DNA of 64,000 nt from an uncultured Gemmatimonadaceae bacterium (lineage in GTDB: Bacteria; Gemmatimonadota; Gemmatimonadetes; Gemmatimonadales; Gemmatimonadaceae). Made by a program: the position numbers and the translations under genes. Shown one piece after another: positions 9,627-19,125 of the stretch. Each line of letters opens with the position of its first letter. Positions within the stretch are counted from its first letter, which is position 1. The stretch spans positions 1-64,000 of the forward strand of contig CAWAGQ010000009.1 in the NCBI GenBank assembly GCA_963781585.1. The letters are read 5' to 3'. Below the pieces are notes generated by a model. That model had not been told where the DNA came from. It searched no databases and saw only the letters and a list, made by a program, of their open reading frames with translations.

Positions 9627-10886
9627 ATGCAACGGCGAGTTTTTGTGCGGAACGGCGCGATGGCGCTGGTGACCATGGGGTTGAGCCCGAGCTTTCTGCG
9701 GCGGGCAGCGTTCGCCGCACAACTCCCGGCGGCACGCCGTGGCAAGATCCTCATCTGCCTCTTCCAGCGTGGAGCCGCGGACGGCCTGAGCATGGTGGTC
9801 CCGCACGGCGAGCGCGCGTACTACGGCGCGCGGCCGAACATCGCCGTTCCGGCACCAGGAACCGGCGTAGCCGACGCTGCGATCGATCTCGACGGCTTCT
9901 TCGGACTCCATCCGGCGCTGCGTCCGTTTGAGTCGCTCTACAAGCAGGGATTACTGGCACCCATTCATGCCGTCGGAAGTCCGAGCGCCACGCGTTCGCA
10001 TTTCGACGCGCAGGATTACATGGAATCGGGAACGCCGGACCGGAAGGCTACGCCCGATGGCTGGCTGAACCGCTATCTGGCGGTGCAGGGGACGTGTGAG
10101 GAGTGCGCCGCAGCCGCGGCCTCGCCGTTCCGTGCGGTGTCGCTGACGCCTCAGACGCCGCGGATCCTCGAGGGCCCGGCGCCGGCTGTCGCGATGAATT
10201 CGCTGGGCGAATTCACTGTGCGTGCCGCCGGATCCTCGGCCGACCGTCTGGAGGCGCTGTATCGCACCGGCGAAGCCGATCTGGTGCACGGTGCCGGGCG
10301 CGAAATGTTCGAGGCGGTGAAGATGCTGCAGTCCGCAAACCCTCAGCAGTATGCGCCGGACAACGATGCCGACTACCCGAGGTCCCAGTTCGGCCAGCGG
10401 CTGAAGGAGATCGCGCAATTGATCAAGTCGGGGGTAGGCCTCGAGATCGCGTTCGCCGACGTGGGTGGCTGGGACACGCACGTCAATCAGGGCAGCGGGA
10501 CGGGTCAGCTGGCCAACCGTCTCTCCGATTTTTCGCAATCGGTGGCGGCCCTCACGACCGACCTGGGTGACCGCATGCAGGATGTGGTGATCCTGTCGAT
10601 GTCGGAGTTCGGGCGGATGGTTCGCCAGAACGGCAATGGCGGAACCGATCATGGCCACGCTGGAGCGATGTTCGTCATCGGTGGTGGCGTACATGGAGCC
10701 AGGGTGCACGGCCGGTGGCCGGGGCTCGAACCGGAACAGCTGTACGAGGGGCGGGACCTCGCGCTCACCACCGATTTCCGCGCGGTCTTCGCGGAGATTC
10801 TGGTGAAGCACCTGGGTGCCGACCGGCTGGATTCGATATTCCCGGGCTACGACGCGAAACCGCAGGATTGGGTCGGACTGCTCTAA
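9627..10886 (+). CDS. DUF1501 family protein (Tat-like RRxF signal)
   Basis: FQRGAADGL, FGLHP, RSHFDAQ, GGWDTH, SEFGR, GTDHG and TTDFR. Usual partner of DUF1800. Confidence 0.9.
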   Translation: MQRRVFVRNGAMALVTMGLSPSFLRRAAFAAQLPAARRGKILICLFQRGAADGLSMVVPHGERAYYGARPNIAVPAPGTGVADAAIDLDGFFGLHPALRPFESLYKQGLLAPIHAVGSPSATRSHFDAQDYMESGTPDRKATPDGWLNRYLAVQGTCEECAAAAASPFRAVSLTPQTPRILEGPAPAVAMNSLGEFTVRAAGSSADRLEALYRTGEADLVHGAGREMFEAVKMLQSANPQQYAPDNDADYPRSQFGQRLKEIAQLIKSGVGLEIAFADVGGWDTHVNQGSGTGQLANRLSDFSQSVAALTTDLGDRMQDVVILSMSEFGRMVRQNGNGGTDHGHAGAMFVIGGGVHGARVHGRWPGLEPEQLYEGRDLALTTDFRAVFAEILVKHLGADRLDSIFPGYDAKPQDWVGLL

Positions 10887-10905
10887 CCCCGATCTTCGCG
10901 AGGGA

Positions 10906-11838
10906 TCAGAGGAAGTCGCTGGAGACATTGCTTCCGCACAGGACCGTGGCCACCACACCCCTGGACCAGCGCCCGCGGTGCTGGAGCAGTGCGGCCACAC
11001 CCGCTGCGCCCGCCGGCTCCGACAGCACGCCAACGGTCGCGGACACCAGCCGGCAGGCGTCCCCGAGCGCCTCCTCACTCACCAGAGCGATGTCATCGAC
11101 TACACCGTGCAGCGTCTCGAGCGCCTGCGGCACCGGAACGCGCACCGCGATGCCGTCAGCGATCGTGTCGGCATCTGTCGTCTCGATTGCCAGTCCGGCC
11201 CGCCACGAGCGCTCCATTGCAGGCGCACGGGCTGCGCAGACTCCGATCATCCGGGTCTCAGGTGCCATCGCCCTGATCCACGTCGCCACTCCTCCCAGCA
11301 GGGCCCCATTCCCGAGCGGCACGATAACGGCATCGAAGCGCTCGGGCCACGCGGTCAGTTCGACGGCAATGGTGCCGGCGCCCTCGGCGATCGTGGGTTC
11401 GCGCCCGTCCTCGACAAAACGGGCGCCGACGCGTTCGGCGTGAGCGCGTGCCTCGGCCTTGGCTGCATCGAAGTCGTGACCAGCGAGTTGCACACGAGCG
11501 CCGAGGGCCCGCATCCGTTCGACCTTGAGCTGATTCGCGGATGTGGCGGCGAACACTTCGCACGTCAGGCCGTGCTTGCGCGCCGCCCAGGCGAGCCCCT
11601 GACCGAAGTTGCCGGCGGAGGCGCAGACGAGCGGCTGGGCGGGATCGGTGACGTGTTGCGCGAAGTAGTCCGCCCCGCGCCCCTTGAACGAGCGGATCGG
11701 GTTGAGGCTCTCGACCTTGACGACCACGCGGACGCCCAGCGCGTCGCCAAGGGCGTCCGCCTGGAATTGGGGCGAATGGAGGAAGACGGGATCGATTTCG
11801 CGCGCAGCGCGGTCGATGGACTGGACAGACAGCGGCAC
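10906..11838 (-). CDS. PLP-dependent threonine/serine dehydratase family protein
   Basis: KVESLNPIRSFKGRGA, ASAGNFGQG, PLGNGALL, TIADGI, EPAGAAGVAA and CGSN. Confidence 0.88.
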   Translation of the reverse strand: MPLSVQSIDRAAREIDPVFLHSPQFQADALGDALGVRVVVKVESLNPIRSFKGRGADYFAQHVTDPAQPLVCASAGNFGQGLAWAARKHGLTCEVFAATSANQLKVERMRALGARVQLAGHDFDAAKAEARAHAERVGARFVEDGREPTIAEGAGTIAVELTAWPERFDAVIVPLGNGALLGGVATWIRAMAPETRMIGVCAARAPAMERSWRAGLAIETTDADTIADGIAVRVPVPQALETLHGVVDDIALVSEEALGDACRLVSATVGVLSEPAGAAGVAALLQHRGRWSRGVVATVLCGSNVSSDFL

Positions 11839-11863
11839 GAGCGGGAGCCGGCGCCGACGGGCG

Positions 11864-14089
11864 CTACCGGGGGATCACTCGCCTCAACAGAGCTGACAGC
11901 CGTCGGGCGATCCGCGCGTTGAGGTCGGACATCCAGTCGTCGAATGACGGGCCATCGTGCGCGTCGCAGTACTCGGTGGGTTCAGTGCCCACCTTGAACC
12001 ACGAATGCGCGGTCAGGGGGCACCATTCTCCGGCGAGCAGTCCGGTGTCGAGATCGATGTCCCGCTCGACGAGTCCCTCCGGGACGGGCCAGTCCCGCCC
12101 CTTCTCTCGCCATCCGCGGAGGTAGAAGTCGGCCCAGGCGGGAGCAGCCAGGCGACCGCCGCTCGCGGCGTCGCCCAGCGAGCGCGGCGTGTCATACCCG
12201 AACCAGAATCCGGCCACCAGAGTGGGCGTGAAACCCACGAACCACACGTCGGTGGCATCGTTGGTGGTTCCGGTCTTGCCCGCCACCGGGCCCGCCACGC
12301 CGTACTGCCGCAGGGCGTTGCCGGTACCTCCGTCCACCACGCCGCGGAGCATGGTCATCAGCTGGAAGGCATCGCGCGGGTCCATCACCTGCGTCCGCCG
12401 CACGGAGTCCTGCCAGACCAGGCTGCCGTCGAGTCGTTCGATGCGGCGCACCAGCCGCGGCGTGACGCGGAAGCCGCCGTTGGCGAACGGCGCGTAGGCG
12501 GTGACGAGCTCGAACGGCGTTACATCCACCGCGCCTAACGCGACGGCGGGCACCACGGGTATCGGCGACGTGATCCCGTTGCGCTGGGCCACGGCGACCA
12601 CGTTGCGTTCCCCCACCGCGCGACTCAGCCGCACCGTGGCGGCATTGGCAGAGCGCATGAGGGCCCGGCTCAAGGTCACCGGTCCAAGGTACTCGTCGCC
12701 GTAGTTGGCCGGACGCCAGACACCCCGACTGCCCTGATCCACCTCCACCGGTACGTCTTCAACCAGCGATGCGGGGGTGAACCCGGCCTGCAACGCCGCG
12801 GCATACACGAATGGCTTGAACGCCGATCCGGGCTGTCGACGGGCGTTCAGTGCGCGGTTGAACGACCCCCTCGCGTAGCTTCGGCCGCCGACCAGCGCCC
12901 GCACGTCTCCCGAGCGCGGATCGAGGGCCACCATGGCGCCCTGCACCCCGCTGTCCTCGTCGTTCCCGACCTGGCGCCAGCGTCCGGCTTCCCGCTCGAT
13001 GGATCCGGCGCGCCGGCGCACGGCGAGCTCGGCGGCGTGTTGGGCCGACGGATCGAGCGTCGTGTACACCACGACGTCCATGCCGGCTTCGCCGGCCGCG
13101 CGCAGCACCGAATCCACCAGCGATCGCACCGCGTCCAGAGCATATGACTCGTTAGGCTGCGGCGGTCGCCACTCCTGAGCAGCGAGCCGGATCGGAGCGC
13201 GGCGCGCGGCCGCCTCCCGCGCCGGGTCGAGATATCCCTCACGCCGCATCAGCGCCAGGATGAGGTTGCGGCGCTGGAGCGCACGCGCCGGATCGTGACG
13301 TGGCGTGTATGCCGACGGCCCCTTCGGCAGGGCGGCCAGCACGGCTCCCTCGGAAACCGTCAGGTCTCCCACGTGCTTGCCGAACAGGTCCCGACTGGCC
13401 GCCTCCACCCCGTAGACGCCGTTGCCGAGGTAGATGGCGTTGAGATAGAGCTGCAGGATGCTGTCCTTGGACAGGGCATGCTCGAGCAGGCGCGCCAGAC
13501 GCAACTCCAGGAGTTTGCGGCCGAGCGAGCGACCCAGCGGCATTGAGCCCGCAAGAAACGTGTTCCGCGCGACCTGCATGGTGATGGTACTGAAGCCTTC
13601 ACGGGCGCTGAGGCTCGTGAGGTCCCGCGCGCCGGCACGGGCCACGCCGCGCCAGTCGAGGCCCCCGTGGGAATAGAAGCGTCGATCCTCGGCGGCAACG
13701 AAGGCCTCGCGCACGTGCCGCGGCACTGCCGCGAGCAAGACGTTCACGCGCGGCACCGCGTTCACGCGTCCGAAGAAACGGCCGTTCCGGTCGAGAACGC
13801 GTCCTCCCTCTGGCGGGCGGTAGGCCCGAATCGCGCGCGGTGAGGGACAGGTGCCGAATCCGCAGGTGAAGAGCCAGCCGTCGACAGCGATCCCGCTCAG
13901 CACCACCACACCCAGAACCACCGCAAGCTCCCAATGGCGACGCAGCCAGCGCCGCGGGGGGTCGTCGGGACGTGACCGCGCTGCCTCGCGCAGGATCCGC
14001 CAATGGTCCGCAATGGTTGCGAAAGCGGTCACGAGTCGCCCGCGAAGAATGAAGGTGTCCACGCTCGAATATGCAGGGCAGGTCGACAC
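11864..14089 (-). CDS. Class A penicillin-binding protein (PBP1A family)
   Basis: Transglycosylase motifs EDRRFY, GFSTITMQVARN, RKLLE, YLNAIYLG. Transpeptidase SAFK, SAN, KTGT. Start uncertain (14032-14089). Confidence 0.92.
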   Translation of the reverse strand: MSTCPAYSSVDTFILRGRLVTAFATIADHWRILREAARSRPDDPPRRWLRRHWELAVVLGVVVLSGIAVDGWLFTCGFGTCPSPRAIRAYRPPEGGRVLDRNGRFFGRVNAVPRVNVLLAAVPRHVREAFVAAEDRRFYSHGGLDWRGVARAGARDLTSLSAREGFSTITMQVARNTFLAGSMPLGRSLGRKLLELRLARLLEHALSKDSILQLYLNAIYLGNGVYGVEAASRDLFGKHVGDLTVSEGAVLAALPKGPSAYTPRHDPARALQRRNLILALMRREGYLDPAREAAARRAPIRLAAQEWRPPQPNESYALDAVRSLVDSVLRAAGEAGMDVVVYTTLDPSAQHAAELAVRRRAGSIEREAGRWRQVGNDEDSGVQGAMVALDPRSGDVRALVGGRSYARGSFNRALNARRQPGSAFKPFVYAAALQAGFTPASLVEDVPVEVDQGSRGVWRPANYGDEYLGPVTLSRALMRSANAATVRLSRAVGERNVVAVAQRNGITSPIPVVPAVALGAVDVTPFELVTAYAPFANGGFRVTPRLVRRIERLDGSLVWQDSVRRTQVMDPRDAFQLMTMLRGVVDGGTGNALRQYGVAGPVAGKTGTTNDATDVWFVGFTPTLVAGFWFGYDTPRSLGDAASGGRLAAPAWADFYLRGWREKGRDWPVPEGLVERDIDLDTGLLAGEWCPLTAHSWFKVGTEPTEYCDAHDGPSFDDWMSDLNARIARRLSALLRRVIPR

Positions 14090-14205
14090 GGACGGCGGCC
14101 GCTCGAATCCCCTTCCGCGGCGAACCGGAGCGCGGCTTCCGTCGGGCTCGTGTGATCGCGCGGCCGCTCCGATTCCCTGCTCTGGTTAGATACGTGGTAT
14201 ACGCT

Positions 14206-14601
14206 TCAGAGTTTCCCCGACTCCGGCACTTCCTGGCGCAAGCCGTCCAGCTCGTCCCATCGCGCCACGGCGCGCCGCAGGTGAGGAACGCAGATGGAGC
14301 CGCCGACCACGAGCCCGATGGACAGCGCCTCGAAGATCTCATCGCGCCTGACCTGTTCCTCTGCGCAGCGAGTGAGGTGATACGTCACGCAGTCGTCGCA
14401 GCGCAGCACCAGTGACGCCACAAGGCCCAGGAGCTCCTTGGTCTTGACGCCGAGCGCGCCGGCCTCATACGCACGGCTGTCGAGGGCAAAGAACCGGTTG
14501 ATCACCAGATTGCCCTCCCCGAGAATCTCCGCGTTGAGTCGCTCGCGGAACTCGCGGAAGTGAGCCAGCGACCCGGCTTCAGACTCGTGCTCGTGTCTCA
14601 C
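14206..14601 (-). CDS. Carboxymuconolactone decarboxylase/AhpD-like protein
   Basis: GALGVKTKELLGLVASLVLRCDDCVTYH (CxxC). GTG start overlaps the upstream stop (GTGA). Confidence 0.85.
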   Translation of the reverse strand: MRHEHESEAGSLAHFREFRERLNAEILGEGNLVINRFFALDSRAYEAGALGVKTKELLGLVASLVLRCDDCVTYHLTRCAEEQVRRDEIFEALSIGLVVGGSICVPHLRRAVARWDELDGLRQEVPESGKL

Positions 14602-15191
14602 AGGCGCCACCCACGCAGCGAGCGAAGCGCGGCGGCGACGGCATCGCGCTGCGCGGCCTCGGCGCTCCGATCGAGGAGTCGCTCGTACGTACTGATGGCC
14701 AGATCGAGCATTCCATGGTCGCGCTCGGCACCGGCAACGGAGGCGGCGTTGTCGGCGAGCGCCGCGAGGGCAAGGCTGTCCTCGGGGAAGCGCGAAGCCA
14801 CCTGCTCCCACCGCTGCGTCCGCAGACGAGGGTCGGATTCGGCGAGCGCCCAGAGATGCCACGCTCCTCGATTCGCCGGATCCGCTGCGATTGCCCGGTT
14901 CGCCAGCGCACCCACAAGCTCGGGCCCACGTCCCTGCAACCAGTAGGCGTTGGCAAGTATCACCATGGCACGCGCATTCTGCGGTTCGGCCGCCACCACG
15001 CGCTCGTAGAGCGGCGCCATCACTTCGGGTTCGTCACGATAGGGCTCTGCCAGGGCAGCGATGGACCCGGCCGGCACACTGGCGGCCAGCGACTCGATCC
15101 GCTCGCGCAGCCACCCGACGTCGGGGCGTCGCGCGTATTCCGAGAGCAGGTTCGCCAATTCCGTTGCGTGGTCTGCGTCCTCGGAGATCAT
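14598..15191 (-). CDS. TPR-like helical repeat hypothetical protein
   Basis: YERVVAAEPQNARAMVILANAYWLQG and RAIAADPANRGAWHLWA are TPR-like. Coupled to the CMD gene. Confidence 0.7.
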   Translation of the reverse strand: MISEDADHATELANLLSEYARRPDVGWLRERIESLAASVPAGSIAALAEPYRDEPEVMAPLYERVVAAEPQNARAMVILANAYWLQGRGPELVGALANRAIAADPANRGAWHLWALAESDPRLRTQRWEQVASRFPEDSLALAALADNAASVAGAERDHGMLDLAISTYERLLDRSAEAAQRDAVAAALRSLRGWRL

Positions 15192-15356
15192 CGGTCAAAA
15201 GTATCGATCCGGCGTGACCTGCGCACACGGCTCGTGCGTACCCCGTCAGGGCAATGGGTGTGTTGCCAGAGCGGGCAGACGCCCGTCCACCATATGTCGC
15301 GGCACAAGGTCCGAACGCCGCGGCCGGCAAGCGGTTCGCCCCCACGCGGGGAATGC

Positions 15357-15385
15357 TTGCGCGAAACCTGACGCTGTGCGATACT
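15357..15385 (+). promoter_or_regulatory. Putative sigma70 promoter upstream of rho, implying a ~440-nt leader
   Basis: TTGCGC-N17-GATACT with an extended -10 TG. Confidence 0.4.
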
Positions 15386-15831
15386 CGTAGTACCGGCTGG
15401 CGATGTCGTAGTCGCACCCCGGTTGCGCCGCTCGGGTGACGACACTCCAACTTTCCGGAGTGAACACGCGAGACGTTCGCAAAGCAGAGATAGACGTCGC
15501 CGGTTTCGCGTGAGGGATCCGCGCCACCTGGCGACTTCGAATTCCGTGCGATTGACGCACGACTGTTCCCGTCTCAGCCACATTCTCGAAGACTCGCGCA
15601 CGCGTTACGTGCGCATGGTCTTGCGTACGCGTTTGGTACAGTGCGTGCCAGCAACCAACAGCTTCCGGCAGTGCGATCTCGCCACAGGCGTGGGGGTGCT
15701 GGATGTGAAGCACCGCCTGGAGGACAGAAAAGCGACCTCCCGAGCGGGAGCGGTCGTGATGGGAGTAGCACACGAAACATGATTTCCGCGGTACGAGACC
15801 GCGTTTCTCACCTTCAACAGACAAGAGTTGT

Positions 15832-17376
15832 ATGACCGAACGTCGACGTCCTCCGCGCCGGGGCCGCCGCCCATTCAATCGAAAGCGGCCGTCAGACCCG
15901 AACGGGGAGCAGAGCCCATACCGAGACACTTCCGGCGAGTCGGAAGCAGAGATGGGCGCCGCGGGAGAAATGCCCATGCCGGAGTCCGACCCCGGACACG
16001 GGGGGAGTGACAATCCGGGCGCCGACGAGGCGCCAATGAGTGCGCCTCCGCCCACAACCGAGGCCGCCGAGACGGGTGGAGAGGCCACATCGCCCAGGAG
16101 CGGCGAGGCCGATACCTCCCCGGCACCGCGACGCGACTTTCCGTCGCGACACGACGCGGACTTTCACCACCATCAGAGAAACGGCAGGCGGCATCGGCGG
16201 CATCGCGGACGCGGCCGACACCCCGGCGAGCAGCACTTTCCGCCCACACCGGTCACGCCGGACAGCGAATCGATCGGCTGGTTCGAGCCGTCGCGCGACG
16301 GCGGCTTCATCCGGGGAGCAGCAAACAGCTACCTGGCCGAACCCGGCGATGCCTGGGTGCCACCAAACGTTGTTAGGCAGTTCGCCCTGCGCCAGGGCGA
16401 TGCGCTGCACGCGGTGACCGGACACGACCACCGCGGTCGTGTGGTGGTGTGCGAGATCAAGACGATCAACAGCATCGATCCGGCCAGCATCGGCCGCCGG
16501 CCCGACTTCCAGTCGCTGACGGCCACCTATCCGGAGCGACGTCTGACGATGGAAACCGGACGCCCGGCCAAGGGCGGACCCGAGCTCACGCGTCGCTGCA
16601 TCGACCTGATGGCCCCGATCGGATATGGACAGCGGGCGCTGATCGTCGCCCCTGCCCGGGCGGGGAAGACGATGCTGCTCCACGCCCTCACCGAGGGCAT
16701 CGCGCTGAATCACCCGAACGTGACGCTGCTCATCCTGCTGGTCGACGAGCGACCGGAAGAGGTGAGCGAGGCGATCTCGTGGGGAGTGGGAGAGGTCATC
16801 GCATCAAGCTTCGACCAGCCCGCCGACCGCCACGTGCAGGTGTGCGAAATGGTACTCGAGCACGCACGCCGCCTGGTCGAAATGGGACAGGACGTGGTGA
16901 TCGTGCTCGATTCCCTGACGCGGATGGCCCGCGCGCACAATACCGCAGAACGCGGCAGCGGTCGCACCCTTTCCGGCGGCCTCGACTCCACGGCAATGGC
17001 GAAGCCGAAGGCGTTCTTCGGATCGGCCCGGTGCGTTCACCCGAAGGACGGTGGTGGCAGCCTCTCGATCATTTCCACGGCGCTCGTCGAAACCGGCTCG
17101 CGCATGGACGACGTGATCTTCGAGGAGTTCAAGGGAACCGGGAATTGCGAGATCAAGCTCGACCGCAGTCTCGCCGAGAAGCGCATCTTCCCCGCCTTCG
17201 ACATCGCGACATCGGGGACCAGGCGTGAAGAAAAGCTGTACAAGCCCGATCAGATCGACGCGATCTATACGCTGCGACGCGGATTGCAGCAGATGCCGCC
17301 GCAGGCCGCGATGGAATGGATGATCAAGCGGATCGCGTCGACGGCAAACAACGATGCGTTGTTGGCGGGTCTGTAA
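15832..17376 (+). CDS. rho: Transcription termination factor Rho with N-terminal disordered extension
   Basis: [76 protein letters not shown] and SGTRREE. Confidence 0.93.
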   Translation: MTERRRPPRRGRRPFNRKRPSDPNGEQSPYRDTSGESEAEMGAAGEMPMPESDPGHGGSDNPGADEAPMSAPPPTTEAAETGGEATSPRSGEADTSPAPRRDFPSRHDADFHHHQRNGRRHRRHRGRGRHPGEQHFPPTPVTPDSESIGWFEPSRDGGFIRGAANSYLAEPGDAWVPPNVVRQFALRQGDALHAVTGHDHRGRVVVCEIKTINSIDPASIGRRPDFQSLTATYPERRLTMETGRPAKGGPELTRRCIDLMAPIGYGQRALIVAPARAGKTMLLHALTEGIALNHPNVTLLILLVDERPEEVSEAISWGVGEVIASSFDQPADRHVQVCEMVLEHARRLVEMGQDVVIVLDSLTRMARAHNTAERGSGRTLSGGLDSTAMAKPKAFFGSARCVHPKDGGGSLSIISTALVETGSRMDDVIFEEFKGTGNCEIKLDRSLAEKRIFPAFDIATSGTRREEKLYKPDQIDAIYTLRRGLQQMPPQAAMEWMIKRIASTANNDALLAGL

Positions 17377-17379
17377 GGG

Positions 17380-18636
17380 TCAGCGGCCGCAGGCTCCGGC
17401 GACCACAGCCAACGCATTCCCCACCGGGCGCTCACCGGTGCTGTCCGAGGGCTGGTTCACGACGGCATAGCGGAAGGACGCCCCGTTCCTCGTGGCGATC
17501 ACCAGGGTTGTAGAGCCCCCGCCATCGAGGTTCATCGCGTCGGTGGCCCCCAGATCGCGCACCAGCTGCGCCGCTTCCCGCAGCGTCATGCCGGCACTGT
17601 GCCCCGACTGACGCCCATCGACGGTGACGAGCATGAGGCGCCGGCCGCGGGCTCCGAGAGCGACGATGGTTCGAGGGTGCCGCACCGGTGCAAACGTGGC
17701 CGCACCCGCGCTGTCGAGTCCCGCTGCCTCGGCGCTGTCCCGCACCAGGATCGGGAAGCCTCCGACTGCATCCCGCGGGAAGAATGGCGTGAGGTGAACG
17801 GCCACTGTGAAGTGGGCGCGGGTCCTCGCCAAGAGGAGCATGCGGGAGCGCACATCAGACGCGGCACCGGGCCCGACCTCGAGAAGGCTCCCATCACGAA
17901 CCAGGGGCGTCGCTCTGCCGCTCGTATCGACCGCGACCACGTTCCCCCCATCCGGACCGTCGAGCACCACGCGAATGCTGCTGCGCACACTGTCCACGCT
18001 GCTTCCGAACCGCGAATCGAAGAAGGCGACGCCGTCGCGCGAATGGCGATTCCATGCCGTGACCGGAATCGACTCCGGACCCGATGATGCCGTTCCCTGT
18101 GCCCGCAGGACGCCGAGCCAGGGACGACCGGCGCTGTCCACCGCGAACACGGGCCGTTCGCTGGGACCTGCCACCAGACGCCCGTCCTCGATGTGGGCGC
18201 CCTCCGTCAAACCCGGGGGCTGGAACAGGAAGAAGTCGGCGTTGACGGCGCCGATGATCGAGGCGCCGGGGCTCCCCGGTGCCGCCTCGCTGCGGGCCTG
18301 CGCGGTGATCACCGACGTCTTCTCGCGCCCCACAGCGCCGCCGCCGCCCCCCTTCAACACCACGGGCCGCCAGCAGGCCGCTCGATCGACGTCGAGCACG
18401 TGGATGGCCCACGGCGCGCTGTTGATGACGAACGCGCGATGGAGGACACCGCGGGCGACGGTGTCCACCGTGGCCACGTCGGCGCGCAGGGACGGCGCCG
18501 GCAGGTCGGGACTCCACCGGGGTTCCGGGACACGGCGTGCGAGGGGCGCGCAGGCCGCAACCAGCGCGGCGCCCGTCAGGTGCACCAGCAGACGGGGGCC
18601 GGGAGGCCTGGGGCGACGAACGCGTCGCAAGCGCAT
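17380..18636 (-). CDS. Phosphodiester glycosidase (NAGPA-like) family lipoprotein
   Basis: AVNADFF, RHPRT, TVDGRQ, AMNLDGGGSTT, NQPSD, ERPVGNAL and lipobox VAAC. Confidence 0.85.
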   Translation of the reverse strand: MRLRRVRRPRPPGPRLLVHLTGAALVAACAPLARRVPEPRWSPDLPAPSLRADVATVDTVARGVLHRAFVINSAPWAIHVLDVDRAACWRPVVLKGGGGGAVGREKTSVITAQARSEAAPGSPGASIIGAVNADFFLFQPPGLTEGAHIEDGRLVAGPSERPVFAVDSAGRPWLGVLRAQGTASSGPESIPVTAWNRHSRDGVAFFDSRFGSSVDSVRSSIRVVLDGPDGGNVVAVDTSGRATPLVRDGSLLEVGPGAASDVRSRMLLLARTRAHFTVAVHLTPFFPRDAVGGFPILVRDSAEAAGLDSAGAATFAPVRHPRTIVALGARGRRLMLVTVDGRQSGHSAGMTLREAAQLVRDLGATDAMNLDGGGSTTLVIATRNGASFRYAVVNQPSDSTGERPVGNALAVVAGACGR

Positions 18637-18652
18637 GCGAAAGGTCGTGGCG

Positions 18653-19051
18653 CTACTTCGCGTGGCCGGGATCGAGATCGAGCGACGCGCTGTTGATGCA
18701 GTATCGCAATCCGGTGGGGGCCGGTCCGTCATCGAAGAGGTGGCCCAGGTGGGCCCCACATTTCTCACACTGGACTTCGGTGCGTCGCATGAAGAAGCTG
18801 CGATCCTCCTCGGTGCGTACGGCGCCCGGCTCGGCCGGCTGGTAGAAGCTGGGCCATCCGGTGCCGGAGTCGAACTTGGTCCCGCTCGAAAACAGCGCGT
18901 TGCCGCAACATACGCAGCGATACGTTCCGTCGTCGTGACAGTCCCAGTACTTGCCCGTAAAGGCGCGCTCGGTGCCCTTCTCTCTCGTGACGTGATACTG
19001 CTCGGGGCTGAGCTTCGCGCGCCACTCCCTGTCCTTCGTGCTGTCGGCCAT
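18653..19051 (-). CDS. msrB: Peptide-methionine (R)-S-oxide reductase
   Basis: [33 protein letters not shown] and two CxxC pairs. GAGG RBS. Confidence 0.95.
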   Translation of the reverse strand: MADSTKDREWRAKLSPEQYHVTREKGTERAFTGKYWDCHDDGTYRCVCCGNALFSSGTKFDSGTGWPSFYQPAEPGAVRTEEDRSFFMRRTEVQCEKCGAHLGHLFDDGPAPTGLRYCINSASLDLDPGHAK

Positions 19052-19125
19052 CGGATCCTCGATCGTTAGGCATGCCGTTGCGGGCGAGCCACGCCGTGCC
19101 GGCAATGCATCCCGTCAGGTGCCGG

